From: Podarcis bocagei
Taxonomy: Eukaryota
Reading direction: 5' to 3' (one strand)
Assembly: GCA_964188305.1 (NCBI GenBank)
Contig: OZ076900.1
DNA: 64,000 nucleotides
This document shows positions 39,851 through 54,103 of this stretch, in pieces. Both the position numbers and the translations under genes were made by a program. Position 1 is the stretch's first letter, and every line of letters begins with the position of its first letter. The notes under the pieces were generated by a model. That model searched no databases, was not told the DNA's origin, and saw only the letters and a program-made list of their open reading frames with translations.

Positions 39851-40402
39851 GATCACTGCAGATGGTGACAGCAGTCACAAAATTAAAAGGCACCTGCTTC
39901 TTGGGAGAAAAGCAATGACAAACCTAGAAAGCATCTTAAAAAGCAGAGACATCACCTTGCCAACAAAGGTTTGTATAGTTAAAGCCATGGTTTTCCCAGT
40001 AGTGATGTATGGAAGTGAGAGATGGACCATAAAGAAGGTTGATTGCCGAAGAATTGATGCTTTTGAATTATGGTGCTGGAGGAGACTCTTGAGAGTCCCA
40101 TGGACTGCAAGAAGATCAAACCTCTCCATTCTGAAGGAAATCAGCCCTGGGGGATCACTGGAAGGACAGATCCTGAAGCTGAGACTCCAATACTTTGGCC
40201 TCCTCATGAGAAAAGAAGACTCCCTGGAGAAGACCCTGATGTTGGGAAAGATGGAGGGCACAAGGAGAAGGGGACGACAGAGGACGAGGTGGTTGGATAG
40301 TGTTCTCGAAGCTACCAGCATGAGTCTGACCAAACTGCGGGAGGCAGTGGAAGACAGGAGTGCCTGGCGTGCTCTGGTCCATGGGGTCACAAAGAGTCGG
40401 AC
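39851..40402 (+). mobile_element. BovB (RTE) LINE 3' fragment inserted in a tRNA-derived SINE
   Basis: ORF 39915-40418 (TKVCIVKAMVFPVVMYGSERWTIKK...RIDAFELWCWRRLLRVPWTARRSN) is the BovB ORF C-terminus; flanked by AGTATTCTTCTG / AGTATTTTTCTG TSD. Confidence 0.93.
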
Positions 40403-41397
40403 ACCACTAAACATCTAAACAAAGTATTTTTCTGCACTGACTGGCAGTGGCATTTCAGGATCTCAAGCAGGGCAATTCCCCAACCCCAACTGGAAAGGCC
40501 AAGGACTCAACCTGGGACCTTCTGTATGCAAAGCAGACGCCCTACCACCCCCTTTCATGGAGCCTTCTTGTTCAGAAGCAGTCTACCCTGGAATACCAGT
40601 TGCCGTGGGAGCAACAGAGAGCAAGTGGCTTCCCATGATCTCCCAAGGCGGCCAGTGAATGCAAGGACACCAGACTACTATGAGGCATGTCTTCCCCTTG
40701 TGCTCAAGATCACATACTGACCCATCTCCTGGTTTCACAGGCAGAAGACCTCTGGCCTGGCCATTGGATGCTGCGGACATGCAACGGGGGGGGGGGGAGG
40801 CTGGCTGCCTTTCCGTGCCTCTTGTGTTCTTCCCAGAGAAGTACCAGGGTGATGACTTTTGGAAACAGGATGTCAGACAAGTATCACCTGGTGCACCTTT
40901 TGCCTGATCCCGTCAAGCAGCTCCTACACTAGAAAGGCTATTGAGATGCGTGTGTGATTTGAACACACACATAGATACAGTTATTTTATGCGGGATGTTG
41001 TGCTGGTCCCAGGACAAAAACGTTTGTTTCCTACTTTAGGGCAGGACTCTCTCCTCTGTTACCTTAGTCACCGAAATAAATATAACAGGTTGGAATCCAA
41101 CTATGGTCTAATCAGACCTACGGAAATTAGTGGACCTTTATTAGCCATCTGTTCAATTCGGTGGGTCTGCTCTGAGCAGGACTAACAGCGGGGTGCAACT
41201 CGTTGGTTTTAGCTAACAATCTGCATCCTCCGGGGCTCTGTAACAAACTTGCCTGAAGTGCCGCTTAACGCTTTGAAAAATAAATAAATGTGCATATCGT
41301 CAGCTCATTAAGTAATAATGTATAAACGCTTGTCATCAACGCTTGACATTATATACAGCTACATCTAAGTGATAAAAATAAATCTCTTATTCCTTAC

Positions 41398-41546
41398 CTC
41401 CGTGAGGTGCCATCGTCAAACAGAAAGGTCTGGTTGGTGTAGCATTCCGGGCAGGATTGGGTCTCTTCCGCTTGCTGGCCACCACTGCGGCCGCAGGTGG
41501 GCTTGTAGACCCCGGCCAGCCCTCGTCCTTCTCCGGGGCAAGGCAT
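41398..41546 (-). CDS. KCNT1: KCNT1 (Slack/KNa1.1) coding exon 1
   Basis: Encodes MPCPGEGRGLAGVYKPTCGRSGGQQAEETQSCPECYTNQTFLFDDGTSR, resembling the recalled human N-terminus MPLPDGARTPGGVC...GYTNRTFEFDDG. Ends at donor AG|GTAAGG (phase 2), matching the phase of the exon at 12016. ATG at 41546 has a purine at -3; the in-frame upstream ATGs (41591, 41579) have weak context. Confidence 0.85.
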
Positions 41547-42350
41547 CTCTCGCGTCCGGATCGGCGCGCCTGCCAACATCAACCAGCGCATAGGATGGCC
41601 GCGGGCGCCTGCTTAAAGATGATGCTCCCGTCTCTCTCTCTCTCTCTCTCCCTCCTTCCCCCACCTTGCCTGAGCTCGAACCTGTTCACCAGGAGAGCTC
41701 TTGGCCGCCCCCCAGAGCTACACCGGTCGCAGCTAAACCACAGCCTGGGTGCCGTGACATCAAGAGCGAAGGGCAATAGCCGCTTAGTCTTCTCTCCTAG
41801 AGCTCCTCCGGCCGCGCATTGCAAGGAGCGATCCTACTCGCCTTTGCCTCGCGATCCTGATCCGGGCGCAGCGAGGACACACACAAAACAATCAACAAGT
41901 CAGGCTGGAGAAGGGAAGAAGTTGCAGCTCCACGAAAGGCCAGACAATTTCCTCCTAGGAGGGCCATTAAACAGCTGGAGGGGTGTGATCCTTCTCACCT
42001 CCCTCCATCCCTCTGGGCGACCGCAGCAGAGGGATCGCGAACAGCTACATCCAAGGAAAGGCGTCTGCAAAAAAAAAAAAAAGATGTCAGATTCGCGGTC
42101 TCAAAAATCACACATATATACAGACATAAGCCTTTTCTTCCTCTTAACTTGGCTTTTCCTGGAGGTCTGTATAGGGGTGAATGGGATCGGTTTGTTGCGT
42201 TGTGGCGGCATCTAGTGGTCAGGACGAGAAGCGTGCAGCTTAAGGTAACATCTAGTCTGTGGGAAACCAGCAAACAGGACCCCGAGCGCAAGAGTGCTTC
42301 CCCAGCCCACTCCTGTGGTTTCCAGCAACTGGTACTCGAAGCATTGCTGC
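41400..42350 (-). promoter_or_regulatory. CpG-island promoter and 5' UTR of KCNT1
   Basis: CpG-dense, non-repeat stretch overlapping and upstream of exon 1, against a CpG-poor background; boundaries approximate. Confidence 0.7.
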
Positions 42351-44676
42351 ATCCAAACTTAGAAGAATTTTCGTGCAAAAAAGCGAGTGAATTTTAGATG
42401 ATTGGGTTTAATCTGTATGCATTTGCACATGAGAAATATATAAATATTGCAGCCTAGCCCAAATGCACTCTTAGCCCAAATGTGGACTTCATGCCACACT
42501 CAGATCCCATAATTGTTATGTGCAGTGCAATCTCAGAAGTAGGAATGGAGAAAAAAATTCACTTTGTTTGCATTTAAACGCAAAATGCAAATACACAACT
42601 GTTCACAAACTGAAACACAGCCATCCTTTGAAACTCATCTTTTCCAAATCTTGCAGTGCCGAGTCATTTCTGGCCAATGTGCATACAAAAATGCATGTAC
42701 TATGGCAAAGTGTCCATGAAATAATGTAAAACATGCATCATGTTGGGGAAAGCCACTTTGAAAAAAAGGTGTACGCTAGCAGTTACAGCCCTGCTCGTCC
42801 CACTTGACATCCCCTTTGACATCCCCTCTTCCTCCACACCTGACCAACACCTTCTCCCTTTACATCTCACCTATCCCCTTACATTCCACCCAAACTGTCA
42901 CTCTCTTTTAAAGGCGGTAAGAGGCACGTCAGAAAGCAAATTGCCAAACCCCTCTCTGACTTGCCTCCCCCTCCTGCACTCTGTTAAACAGCTTACCTGG
43001 GCCACCTGCCTCCCATACTGCTCGCTCACCTGCCTGCCTGTTGTTGTGCCATCATACTGAAGTTGGCATGACCACCTATTGGTGGCCAGATTAACTGCAG
43101 CATGACAACAGACTTACATTTTTAAGTATATGGGAAGATCAGGCAAAATAGCATGCACACATATTTCTATTGGGATAACTTTACAGAAAAATGCTGAATT
43201 ATGAGGACTCCTTTTTAAAAAGTCGCAAACTGATGTGAAGATGCAGAGAACTGAACTTAAGACTGCAAGAATGAGAAACTGAAGTTTGAGATCCCCCCCC
43301 CCATCCTTGCTTAGAAGTGAATCCCAGAGTTCAGTGAGGCTTCTACCCAAGTAAGTATACATGCATTTGGAGCCTTTACCATCTCCAGTCAAAACAGGGG
43401 AGAGATTCCTCCTTTATTCCTTTTGGGTCTTCCACATAGGTACAAGTTCATATCCTTTTACTTCTGAACACGTTACATTGCAGATGGGTGAACAATTCTC
43501 AAAACAAGGAACAGAGTCCAGACCTGCTTTCCAAACTTGCAGTCTAGCTCTCAACTTCCCCCTCCTTTTCCTCTTCCATGACATTATTGCTCCAGTTAGT
43601 TCCAATGTCCGGAGGTGAGTGCAGCCGAAACAGCAACACCCATGCACAAGAGGGACATTACAGTACAGGTGGTGTGGGGGGCTCTCGAGGGTTGCAGTAC
43701 AAAAAAGGGGGCTCTAAGACTAGGCTGCTCCCCCAAAAAAAACTCCAGCTCAGCGAAGATGGGCCTTTCTCAGTGGCCGCAGAATGCTGACAGCCATTAC
43801 CAGCATGCGGAGCACACAAAATCAAAAGGCAAGAACAATGAGTGGAGTATGTTGAACAAGGGCATTTTACTGCAGGTCCCCACTTGTGACTGTATTTTTA
43901 TTGACTATTATATCTGCCTTTCATATTGCTTCAGCTTCCTTTATCTTATGTTACAGTTTCATGCTGCAATAACATTGTTGCCATAAACCATCAGCTTGAA
44001 CTACTGCTACTACTACTACTACTGCACTGCTAGTTTAGCAAAACATGTTTGTGCTTATCCTTTATAGCAAGTTACTCATTTCTACCCACCCACTGAAGTG
44101 CTCCTTCTCAGATCTAATCTGTGTAGCTCACAAAGCTGTGGGAGAGAAGCAATGGGAGCTAGGTGAGAGGCATCATAGCACACCTCTAGAAAGAAGATTG
44201 CATTGCTTTTAAGCCTGAGAAAGACATCTAGATAATAATGAAGATAATAAAACAAAAATACCCAACAGCTTAAAATGTTGAAGGGAGCCCTATGTGAATG
44301 CTTAAAGTCCTCTATAAAGAGCCAAGTATAACCAACAATGCAAGCCTATATGTCAATGGGAGAGAACCTTACCCCCCCAAGGGCCGCATTCACATCTAGG
44401 CAACCATCTAAGGGCCATATTCCAGTGATGGGCGGAGCCAGAGGCAAAAGTGGGTGGAGCAATGGATGCTGATTTTTACCTTGAGGTACCAAGCTGATTT
44501 CTATGCACACCACTCCCTATCCTCCATCTAGGCAAGCAATAGGCATTATTAGGGTTCAAGGACACATCCCAAAAAGCACTTGCGGTATGAAAAGGGGTCA
44601 GTGAGAAGTGGGGCCTGGGGAGACTCTCAAAGGCCAGACAGAGAGATGCCAGCCCTTGGGCCTGATGTTTCCTCTA

Positions 44677-45028
44677 GGTAAAGTTAAAGGGACGCTGACC
44701 GTTGGGTCCAGTCGTGGACGACTCTGGGGTTGCGGCGCTCATCTTGCTTTATTGGCCGAGGGAGCCGGAGTACAGCTTCCGGGTCATGTGGCCAGCATGA
44801 CTAAGCCGTTTCTGGCGAACCGGAGCAGCGCACGGAAACGCCGTTTACCTTCCCGCCAGAGCAGTACCTATTTATCTACTTGCACTTTGACGTGCTTTTG
44901 AACTGCTAGGTTGGCAGGAGCAGGGACCGAGCAACGGGAGCTCACCCCGTCGTGGGGATTCGAACCACCGACCTTCCGATCGACAAGTCCTAGGCTCTGT
45001 TGTTTAACCCACAGCACCACCCACGTCC
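44677..45028 (-). mobile_element. Sauria SINE, full length
   Basis: Reverse complement of the family sequence; CCTGATGTTT.CTCTA repeated on both flanks. Confidence 0.92.
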
Positions 45029-47087
45029 TGATGTTTTCTCTACTTGCCAGCGAGTAAGTCCCATTGAACTTAAAAGGGTTTAATGCTTAGCAGATGTGTT
45101 TTGATTGCACCGTAAGTCAAGGGTGGAGAATCTGTGGCTCTCCAGATGTTGTTGAACTCTAACTCCCACCATCCAGGATTATGGGAGTTGTAGCCCAACA
45201 AAACCTGAAGAGCTACATGTTCTCCACCATTTCAGCTGAATTCAGATGCTTTGTACCCTAGATAACATGTTGCGGGGGGGGGGGATTCCCTTCACAGATG
45301 GGGGGTGTGCAATTGGATTTAGTCCATACACACACCATCAGAGGGCTAATAGCATCCACTATTCCTTTTTTGCCCATCTCCCTTTTAAAAAATGTACTGA
45401 TGGGTTGATTTTCAATAATATGATGTATATAGAGAAGCAAGAAATTAAACTGGTGTGTTCTTCCTCCCAATCCCGCCCATGAGTGTCTAAAATTCTCAGT
45501 AGCTGCATTAAGGCAAGCATAAATTCCACATCTGTTTGGGCATTCATGCAACATTAACATGATTCCTCCCCCCCCCCCATATACATAAAAATGTAACACT
45601 GTCTTCACATAGTCCTCACTGGAGGATTTGTAGTGCGACATCTCAGTGTTGGATTTGCATGGAAAAATGGGGTTGGGAAGGTGAAAAGTGAGGCTAGTAG
45701 TTGCCTGGGGTGAGAAGGGGAAGTTCTAAAGGATTAAGGAGGGGAGCATGGCAGGGGAGTAGTGAGTGGAGTGAGCCGAACCCCTAGTATCTTTTATTTA
45801 TCCAGGGGCAAAACTATGCTTCTTTTCACTGGTCAAAGACCCAATTTGGCGTGCGCGCACACACACACACACACACCATGCACATCTGTGTACATACAGA
45901 GAGAAACTGGTAGCCTCAATGGCACCCCTCTGGAGGCTTCACCTGGGGCAAAAAAACCTGGCTAACCCCACTGTAGCTATGGCTCTGATTTATCTTAATA
46001 TGCCCAGATTTGCTTTAAGTAGCAATTAGGCATACATGAAAATATAAATTGAGTATGCTCTGTTTTAACTTACATGCTTGTTGTAAGTATAAATTCCACA
46101 CTTGGTTGGATGTTTAGACAGAGTAACATAATTTATCCTATATTTATCTTAACAGGTCTACCTTCATTCATTCACTGTTTGGAATGTACTGAATAAAGTA
46201 AGTGCATGGTTCTTATTTGATTCTAGTTGTTTTAGTTGGATACCTTGGCAGCTTGGGGCCATTTGATTGTCTCTCTGTGGCCATCAGCAGCTCATCGTCT
46301 TGGCTTCTGAGCTCGCACTCTTAAAGGTGGTGGTCCCTGCAGGAAGATCCTCTGACAACCACTTTCCAGCAGGAAGGAAGCCAAGTGCAAGGAAATGTCA
46401 AAAGAGCGAGCAGCAGATTCACAGAAGACAGAAGTGGTGAGTCACCCATCACAGAGAAGCTTTCCACAGTTCCAGCAACATGGAGCACAGTCTAATAAAT
46501 GGCACAGGTCCCCAAGGGGCCAAACTAAGCTCGTTTTAGGGATAGGGAAGAATTTGGATTCGGCTCACATGTTAAGGCGAACTTTCTTAATCTATGCTTT
46601 CCCAAACAATAAACAAACTGAGAAACACCCATCCTTCAAAATCTGCCTTTCTCCACCTTTTGCAATGCAGTTCTCCTGCTAAAATGAAATCAACATACAA
46701 AGATGTATTAGGTTTGGGGAAATAGCTTTGCCAAAAATGTGTGTACTGGGGCAAGAAATGAACGCAAAAGTGGGTCCTTTTAGAAGAATTTTGCACTAAA
46801 ATGCTGGTGAATTCTCAAGAAGACTAAATAAAAATAATAATAAATAAAGACTAAATAAATAAATAAATAAATAAAATCACAAAGTGATATGGAAATGTAG
46901 AGAACTAAACTTAAGACTGGAAGGGAAAATTGAGAGAAACTGCCTCGCTGATATTTTGTGCAAATGTAGTTACCACCCATGGGACACACTGCATGGAATA
47001 CAAACACCAAAAGGTGGTCACTTCCAGGTAACCTGTTTATCAGTTGTTTATGAAGTATCTGTTCTGATTTGTTGGTAGATGACAGAC

Positions 47088-47775
47088 CCCACCTGTACAT
47101 TTAAAGCAATATCATACCACTTGAAAGAGCCATGGCTTCCCCCAAAGAATCCTGAGAACTGTAGTTCGTTAAGGGTGCTAAGAGTGGTTGTTGTTGTTGT
47201 TTAGTCGTTTAGTCGTGTCCGACTCTTCGTGACCCCATGGACCAGAGCATGCCAGGCACTCCTGTCTTCCACTGCCTCCCGCAGTTTGGTCAAACCCATG
47301 CTGGTAGCTTCAAGAACACTATCCAACCACCTCATCCTCTGTCGTCCCCTTCTCCTTGTGCCCTCCATCTTTCCCAACATCAGGGTCTTTTCCAGGGAGT
47401 CTTCTCTTCTCATGAGGTGGCCAAAGTATTGGAGCCTCAGCTTCAGGATCTGTCCTTCCCGTGAGCACTCAGGGCTGATTTCCTTCAGAATGGATCGGTT
47501 TGATCTTCTTGCAGTCCATGGGACTCTCAAGAGTCTGCTCCAGCACCATAATTCGAAAGCATCAAGAGTGGTTAGGAGACCCCATTCTCCTCACAGAGCT
47601 ACAATTCTAGAGTCACTTTTCCCAGGAAACTGTGAATTGTAGCTCCCTGAGGAAAATAGGATTTTCCTACCAAGTCTCTGCACCCTTAACAAACTACAGT
47701 TCCCATGATTCATTGGGGGAAGCCATGGCTCTTTCAAGTGATTTGATACTGCTTTAAATGCACAGTGCAGATGGG
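47088..47775. mobile_element. Palindromic MITE-like element interrupted by BovB
   Basis: CATTTAAAGCAATATCATACCACTTGAAAGAGCCATGGCTTCCCCCAA recurs inverted at about 47712-47760. Confidence 0.7.
47190..47563 (-). mobile_element. BovB (RTE) LINE 3' fragment inserted in a palindromic MITE
   Basis: BovB C-terminal ORF, (CAA)n tail, perfect TSD AAGAGTGGTT at 47180-47189 and 47564-47573. Confidence 0.93.
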
Positions 47776-49711
47776 TCCAGTGCTGGGTCAAGCAATTGTT
47801 AGCTTCTACTTTCCAGTGCATTTTCCTGTCAAGTCTGGATTTGGGGGTGGGTAGGAGTAGGTTTGTTGTACGGGAGAAACAAACCAACTTTAATTGTGCA
47901 GCCTAAGTTTGCCAGTATGTGATTAAATTCCACCTCAAAATAGCAACAGTACAGAAGCACTCTTTGGCACAGGGGAGGTAACTAATTCCTTCCTTTTCCT
48001 CCCCCACCAATCTTTGAATCCCCTTCCTCAACAGCTGGGGTCAATTGAGGGCTGGTAGCAGTAGGACTGAGATGTAATTTGATTTGTTGTTTTTCTCCCC
48101 CACCCACTGTTTAGGGGCTGGGTGAGAAATAAACTCAAAACATATTTTAAGGATCTATGCTAACTTTTTAAATTACAAAAACTCTTGTAATTTGTTGTCA
48201 GTTGGTTTTCATCATAGTGATTTTTTAATCATTTTATTGTATTGTACCCACCCTGAGGCCATATTGTTGCAAGTGCAGCAGCAGGGATCATTCACTTTGT
48301 AATTTAAGGGTTAATTCTATTAGCAGTAAGTCAAGATGTGAGTAGAGGTGTTGCTTGGCAACCAGACAGAGTGGCATGAGGTTTACTGAGGTAGTGCATG
48401 CCCTGATTGGCTGTGTAGCTCTGAAGGAGTTTTCCCTCTGGCTGAATTGTCTCCCTGATATGTACAAGGTCTGAAGAAAGAAAGAGGGAACCTCTCTGCT
48501 CTTTTCTCCTCAAATTACACAGACTTTGTCCAGTTTTCTCAGTGAAATGTTATCAGGATTTCTTTTCTCTTTAGACTTATTTCAGCTGCTTATTTCAGCG
48601 GCTTTGTTAAAACTTAGAATGAAGGGAGGGTTGGAAATATCCCATAAATCAGAAAATTATATTAACCAGGAATCCTTATTCTGTTTTATATATTTAGCTT
48701 CTTTTATTTTTGAACTTGGGTTTACTTATTTTTCTGTTACATTTATACACTGCCTATAGAGCCTTGCTTTTTTGGGGAGTGTTTTCAAAATCCATTCAAA
48801 GTACAAAAACAAACATAAACAGCCCAAACCATTATAAATATATGAAAACAGCAACAAAAAAGAAAATCTAAAAATTGACATAAGCACAACAGCTAAAGAA
48901 CATTCTTTAAAACAGCAAAAACCAGCAAGGGAATCTTAAAAACAAACAAACAACAGATTATTGGAATTATTTATTTGTTTATTTATTATTGCATTTACAT
49001 TCCACCTTTCCTCCACAGAGCTCAAGGTGGCATACATTGTTCTCCTCCTCCCCATTTTATCCTCACAATGACAACCCTGTGGGGTTGGGCTGAGAGTGAG
49101 TGACTGGCCCAAGGTCACCCAGTGAGGTTCATGGCTCGGTAGGGATTTGAACCCAGGTCTCCCAGGTCCTAGTCCAACCCTCCAATATTTCTCTGATGAA
49201 AATAGCAGCATAGTAAGGAAATGCAGGGTGTTCTGGGATCTAATCGGAAACTGAGACGGCTTCTGTAAACATGGGACTGTCCCTAGAAAATAGGGTCACT
49301 TGGAGGGTGTGCACTGTGACCAGTACACCACACTGGTGGTTGGCTCAAAGGAGATCTGGGAGAACTTCATCAGCACCCTTGATACATGCAGTGGAGGCTG
49401 ATCCATGGGAGAAAATAGGGGCATTGCCCGGCCAACCTCAGCGTGTCCTCAGGAACTCCCCACCTGCCTCCCTTCTTCCTTACATCCAGTCCAGGGGGTG
49501 GCCCTGCCTCCTTCCTTCTCCTTAGTCTCAGAGTTGCCCCTTGTAGAACACAGTAGAGAGGAGGAGGATGGGGACAAAAGTAGAATTCGTTGGCTCTGCC
49601 CATCATTAGCTCTGCTGCCACCTGCTGTTGGGATCCCTGCCTTCTTGCACATCTGCCCTATGGGCACCAGCCCCCACTGGCTATAAATATACATACTAGC
49701 AATGTTTAAAC

Positions 49712-50099
49712 CAGGGGTCCCCAAACTAAGGTCCACGGGCTGGATAAGGCCCGAGGGACTCGTTTATCCAGCCTGCGGCAACCACCACTGCCCGCTCTTA
49801 CCGGTGCTGCGCTGTGCTGCGCGGCTGCCCACTTCTGGGTCAGAGAAGCACCGGAAATAGCTTGTGCGCATGTGCAAGCATTATTTGTGCATGCACATGC
49901 ATTATTTCTGGTGCATGTCCGGGTCGGAGGAGGCCCGTGCACATGTGCACAAGCCATTTCTGGTGCTCCTCCGACCCGGAAGTGCTCCGGTAATAGCGTG
50001 TGTGCATGCGTATGGGCACACGCTACCCCGCCCTCCAGCCCGCCGTGCAATTAGCGCTGGAGACACCGGCCTCAGGTGCGGTAAGTTTGCTGACCCCTG
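49712..50099. mobile_element. hAT (Charlie-like) MITE
   Basis: TIRs CAGGGGTCCCCAAACT / AGTTTGCTGACCCCTG; perfect TSD GTTTAAAC. Confidence 0.88.
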
Positions 50100-51504
50100 G
50101 TTTAAACTTTCATGACGTCGAAAGACACTCAAGGGGAAACAGCATAGCATTACGGGAAGATTCACTTTGCATGCACCACACTTAAAAGAAAATAAAAACA
50201 GCAGTATTAACGTCCTTGAAGAACACCGTATACTGATCTCCCAAAGCCTCGGGGTCTAAGGTCACAGCAGCCGAGATTGCAACCTGCTCTGCTTTGCGTT
50301 AAACAGAATAATAGACAGGGGTGGTTTTGATGATTGGGATAAAGACTAGCAACTCCACGCCCACATTTTGAAATATCCCTTCCCTCATAACCCCCTCCCT
50401 AAAAACAAATCAAAACAGAATAGAACCCACCTTTCTGCTTAAAAGGCAATAGGAATTCACAATGTAACCACGAAGGCAAATTTGGGTGAATCTACTAATG
50501 CAGCAGTGCCCTCTAATGAGTGGTGAGCATGAGACCAGCTTCTAATTCCAGCCTTTAATAAAAATTTGTTTATTATGTTTAGCCAAACAGCAGAGCCTCG
50601 CCACTTGGGGACTAGCAATAATGCCTGTTCATTTGTGCCAAGCTTCCAACAGCACTCATAAATTTGCTGCTAGGCTATTTCTCTCTTGCGGCATAGGAAA
50701 GTTATAAGAAATACCTGCCTCCCCTAATGTAGCTTGTATTTACATTAAAAGTTGCCGACTTTTTGGAATCTCTGGGCACCACCCAAGCATATGGGCCTCT
50801 TATTCTATGGGCTAAGGGGAGGCCTGTAGCTCAGCGGAAGGACATCTGCTTTGCATGCAGAAGGTCTCGCCTTCAGTCCCCAACATCTCCAGGTAAGGCA
50901 AGGAATAAGCCTTGCCCCAAACCCCTGCAGAGCTGTTGCAAGTCAGTGTAGTCAATACTGAAGCATGTCATCTGACTCGCTGTAAGACACCTTCCCATGT
51001 TCCTACTTAATTCAACCCTTTGTTCAGAACCATGAGGGCTGGAATCTTACATTAGGTGTTAGAGAAGGACAAGAGCTCAGTGACACAGCAGAAAAGATGC
51101 CAGGTTCAGTTCCTAGCATATCTAGGTACACTCTTGCCTGAAATCCTGGAGAGCTGCTGACAGTCAGTGTAGACAGTACTGGGATAGCTGGACCAATCAT
51201 CTTACTCAATGTAAGGTAGCTTCCTATATCCCTGGTAGAGAACTAATTGCATCTGGAAGATGGGCGGGAGAGGGGACCCTGTGGGCACCATGTAAGACTT
51301 CTGTGGGTGCCCATGAGACCATGTTAGTGACCAGTGCCTTACATTAAGTCGGTCTCCCATGTTTTTCTGAAGATAAACTCAGGAGGCATATTCAGTGGGC
51401 CTGGAAGTGAACGTGTTTGTTCATTTTGTGGTTTAGGGCAGAGGAGAGGCATTAAATAAAGAATTGTCAGACGGGAAAAGATGAGTCTTCCTCCTCCAGT
51501 AAAC

Positions 51505-51953
51505 TGTTAGAATTCCTGCTCCATGGTTGCAGTCATGGGGTTTTTGTCTATCACATGACGGTATATGTTTTGACTCCACAAAGTGTGGGAAGTGACGGAG
51601 ACAGGATGTTTGTGTTACTGTGTTCCGTGAAGTGGGACTATTGTCCTTTGTTCTTTCTCTCTTTGCTGTCTGATGCTAGAGAGAGAGGGAGCCATGTTGC
51701 AGTGCTTCGTGTGTGTTTATATGTAAATAAAGTAGATTAGCCAAAATGCTGAGTTGCTGAGGTCTGTTACGCAAGCTGCAAAGACTCGGCGGATCCCTAA
51801 GTGTGCCGGTGTCTGTTGGCATCAGTCGCTGTGATGTTCGGGCAGAAGAAAGCTTTTGAAGCTCCCGAACGATCGGCCAGGAGGGAGAGAACATGCCAGT
51901 TGGGTATGTGTCTCTGCCAGGGTCCTACTCGAGTGTAGGACAATCTCCTAACA
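51505..51953 (+). mobile_element. Probable solo LTR
   Basis: TGTTAG...CTAACA inverted termini, internal AATAAA, about 450 bp; TSD unclear. Confidence 0.6.
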
Positions 51954-52353
51954 ACTATGTAACAGCTCTCCAAATTAAACAATTGAAGCATAGGATTGTA
52001 GAGTTTGAAGGTACTCCCAAGACATCTATTCCACCCCCTGCAAAGCTTCAGCTACTTTCAGGCAAAGGACAAACTAAATATATTCTGGGATACACAGAAC
52101 TAACACTTAAAACATCAGCACTGTGTCATTGTCTCCTGCTTATTATTGATATAGGGGCACAAATGGGCATGGGCAAGGGGTCCCTGCCCCAAGAAGCTTA
52201 CAATCTAAAATTTGACACAGGTGACACAATCAAAAGAGGGGGAAGAGCAGGAAGAAGTCAAGCATGTAGTTTAGTAACGCATCGTGTGTCATTTGTATAC
52301 TAAACACCAAACAAGGAAGTCCAGAATTTGCTGCTGCTGTGTGTGTTGTTTTT

Positions 52354-52456
52354 TTATCTGCTCCAAGGCGACTCAGAAAGTTCCAGATAATCAGGAGGCG
52401 TTTTGATCACAGTGACACCTCCACCTGGATGACAGGTTTGTGTGTTTCCAAAACGT
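52354..52456 (-). CDS. KLHL20-like kelch protein terminal coding exon
   Basis: Pyrimidine tract plus TTGCAG| acceptor; encodes RFGNTQTCHPGGGVTVIKTPPDYLELSESPWSR-stop, paralleling recalled KLHL20 RLYGGMNYRRLGGGVGVIK; phase matches. Confidence 0.9.
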
Positions 52457-53377
52457 CTGCAAGAGAAGAGAGAGGCTGTTAATGGAGCGTATACTGTTGA
52501 TGCAAAGGCAAGGGGTGGGGAACATTTTTCTACCTGAGGGCCATATTCCAGTCTTCGTGACATGCCAGGGGCCACATAGGTGAGGCCACAGGCAGAAGTG
52601 GTGGAGCAACTAATGTAAATGCCACCTTTGTGTTGCAGGCTGGTTTCCACACTAACTCACAGATCCCTTGCTATCCTCATTCCAGGTGAGCAAGAGTTCA
52701 AGAATACGTTTCAGCCAGGCAAAAACACTTGAGGTGAGCCAGGCCCTCCAAGGTCATGTGCCATGGGGGGGGGATATACCCCCCTCAGCCATCTCACCAC
52801 ACCCTTTCCCACCAGGTGGCTCCCACCTCCTAACTCCCAAGGCCAGGCTGGGGCTCTGGGGTCCTTTCTGGTGCAAGGTGGGCTCTGCAAGTTTCTCCAC
52901 TCCTGCTTCTGAAGGCACAGCATTGATCGAAGAAGCCATGGGGGGGTGGGGGGGCAGCTTCCTTTCTTCCAAAAATGTGTTCCTCCCTCCCCATGCAAGC
53001 AGACAGTTAGCGACGCAAGTTACTATATTAATAATAATACTGAGGAGTTGATGGAAGCGTCTGCCTTAATACGTGTGCCATAAGAAGACCCTGTTTCGTT
53101 ATTCGTTCTGCTTGTGTTGCACGTTCCTGCCCTTTGGGAAATCAGAGGCTGCCTCACAAGATTGAGAGAAATTACAGCTTAAGCCAAGTAATAAACTAGC
53201 AGCAACTAAAGGAAATTGTGCATAAAAGTCAAAATAACAGGCCCCCAGCAGCAGCCAGAGGTACCCCTCCCTCCAAACTGTGGAATCTGGAACAGATTTA
53301 GTCTTCCACTCTGAGGTGAGGAGGATGCCCCCCACCCACTCTGCATGCCTCCTCCTCCTACTTTTTCATGGGCTGTA

Positions 53378-53713
53378 CAGTGGTGCCTCGCAAGACGAAA
53401 AGAATCCGTTCTGTGATTCTCTTCGTCTGGCGGTTTTTTCGTCTTGCGAAGCAAGCCCATTGACGGATTAGTGGATTAGCGCTATTAGCGGCTTTTAGCG
53501 GCTTATCAGCTTATCGGATCAGCTGATAAGCAGCTTAGCGGCTTAGAAAAGGGGGGGGGGAGGAAAAAAAACCAGCAGGAACTCGCAATACATTTTCATC
53601 TTGCGAAGCAAGCCCATAGGAGATTCGTTTCGCGAAGCACCTCCAAAACGGAAAACCCTTTCGTCTAACGAGTTTTCCGTCTTGCGAGGCATTCGTCTTG
53701 CGGGGCACCACTG
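53378..53713. mobile_element. Tigger/pogo-like MITE
   Basis: TA-CAGTGGTGCCTCGCAAGACGAA ... TTCGTCTTGCGGGGCACCACTG-TA. Confidence 0.88.
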
Positions 53714-54056
53714 TATTTATTTACGGGCTCCACAAGAGGCTCAAATCCTTTTCACTACAAGCCTTATAAAATAAATTACTACTGCGGGACTTGACATCTT
53801 TCTGCAGGGCCTGCAAGACAGAGCTGTTCCACCTGGCCTTCGGTTCGGACTCAATCTGACCCTTATGTTGCCCTCCAATTATGGTTTTGATGAGGCTGCA
53901 TTTTAAATTGCATTTTAACCTGTATTTTATTTTATTTTTTCCTTTCCCCCCTATTATGTTTTTACTGTAATTTTACTGTTGTTAGCCACCCTGGTTCTGG
54001 CCGGGAAGGGCGGGCTATAAATAAAACTTATTATTAAAATTTATTATTATTATTAT

Positions 54057-54103
<47 letters not shown>

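Noticed and set aside
39915-40418. 167-aa ORF as a host gene
   Set aside because: C-terminal fragment of the BovB LINE ORF, present three times in the window.
41457-42215. 252-aa plus-strand ORF
   Set aside because: Antisense to KCNT1 exon 1 and its CpG island, runs through (CT)n and poly-A tracts, and has no recognisable domain.
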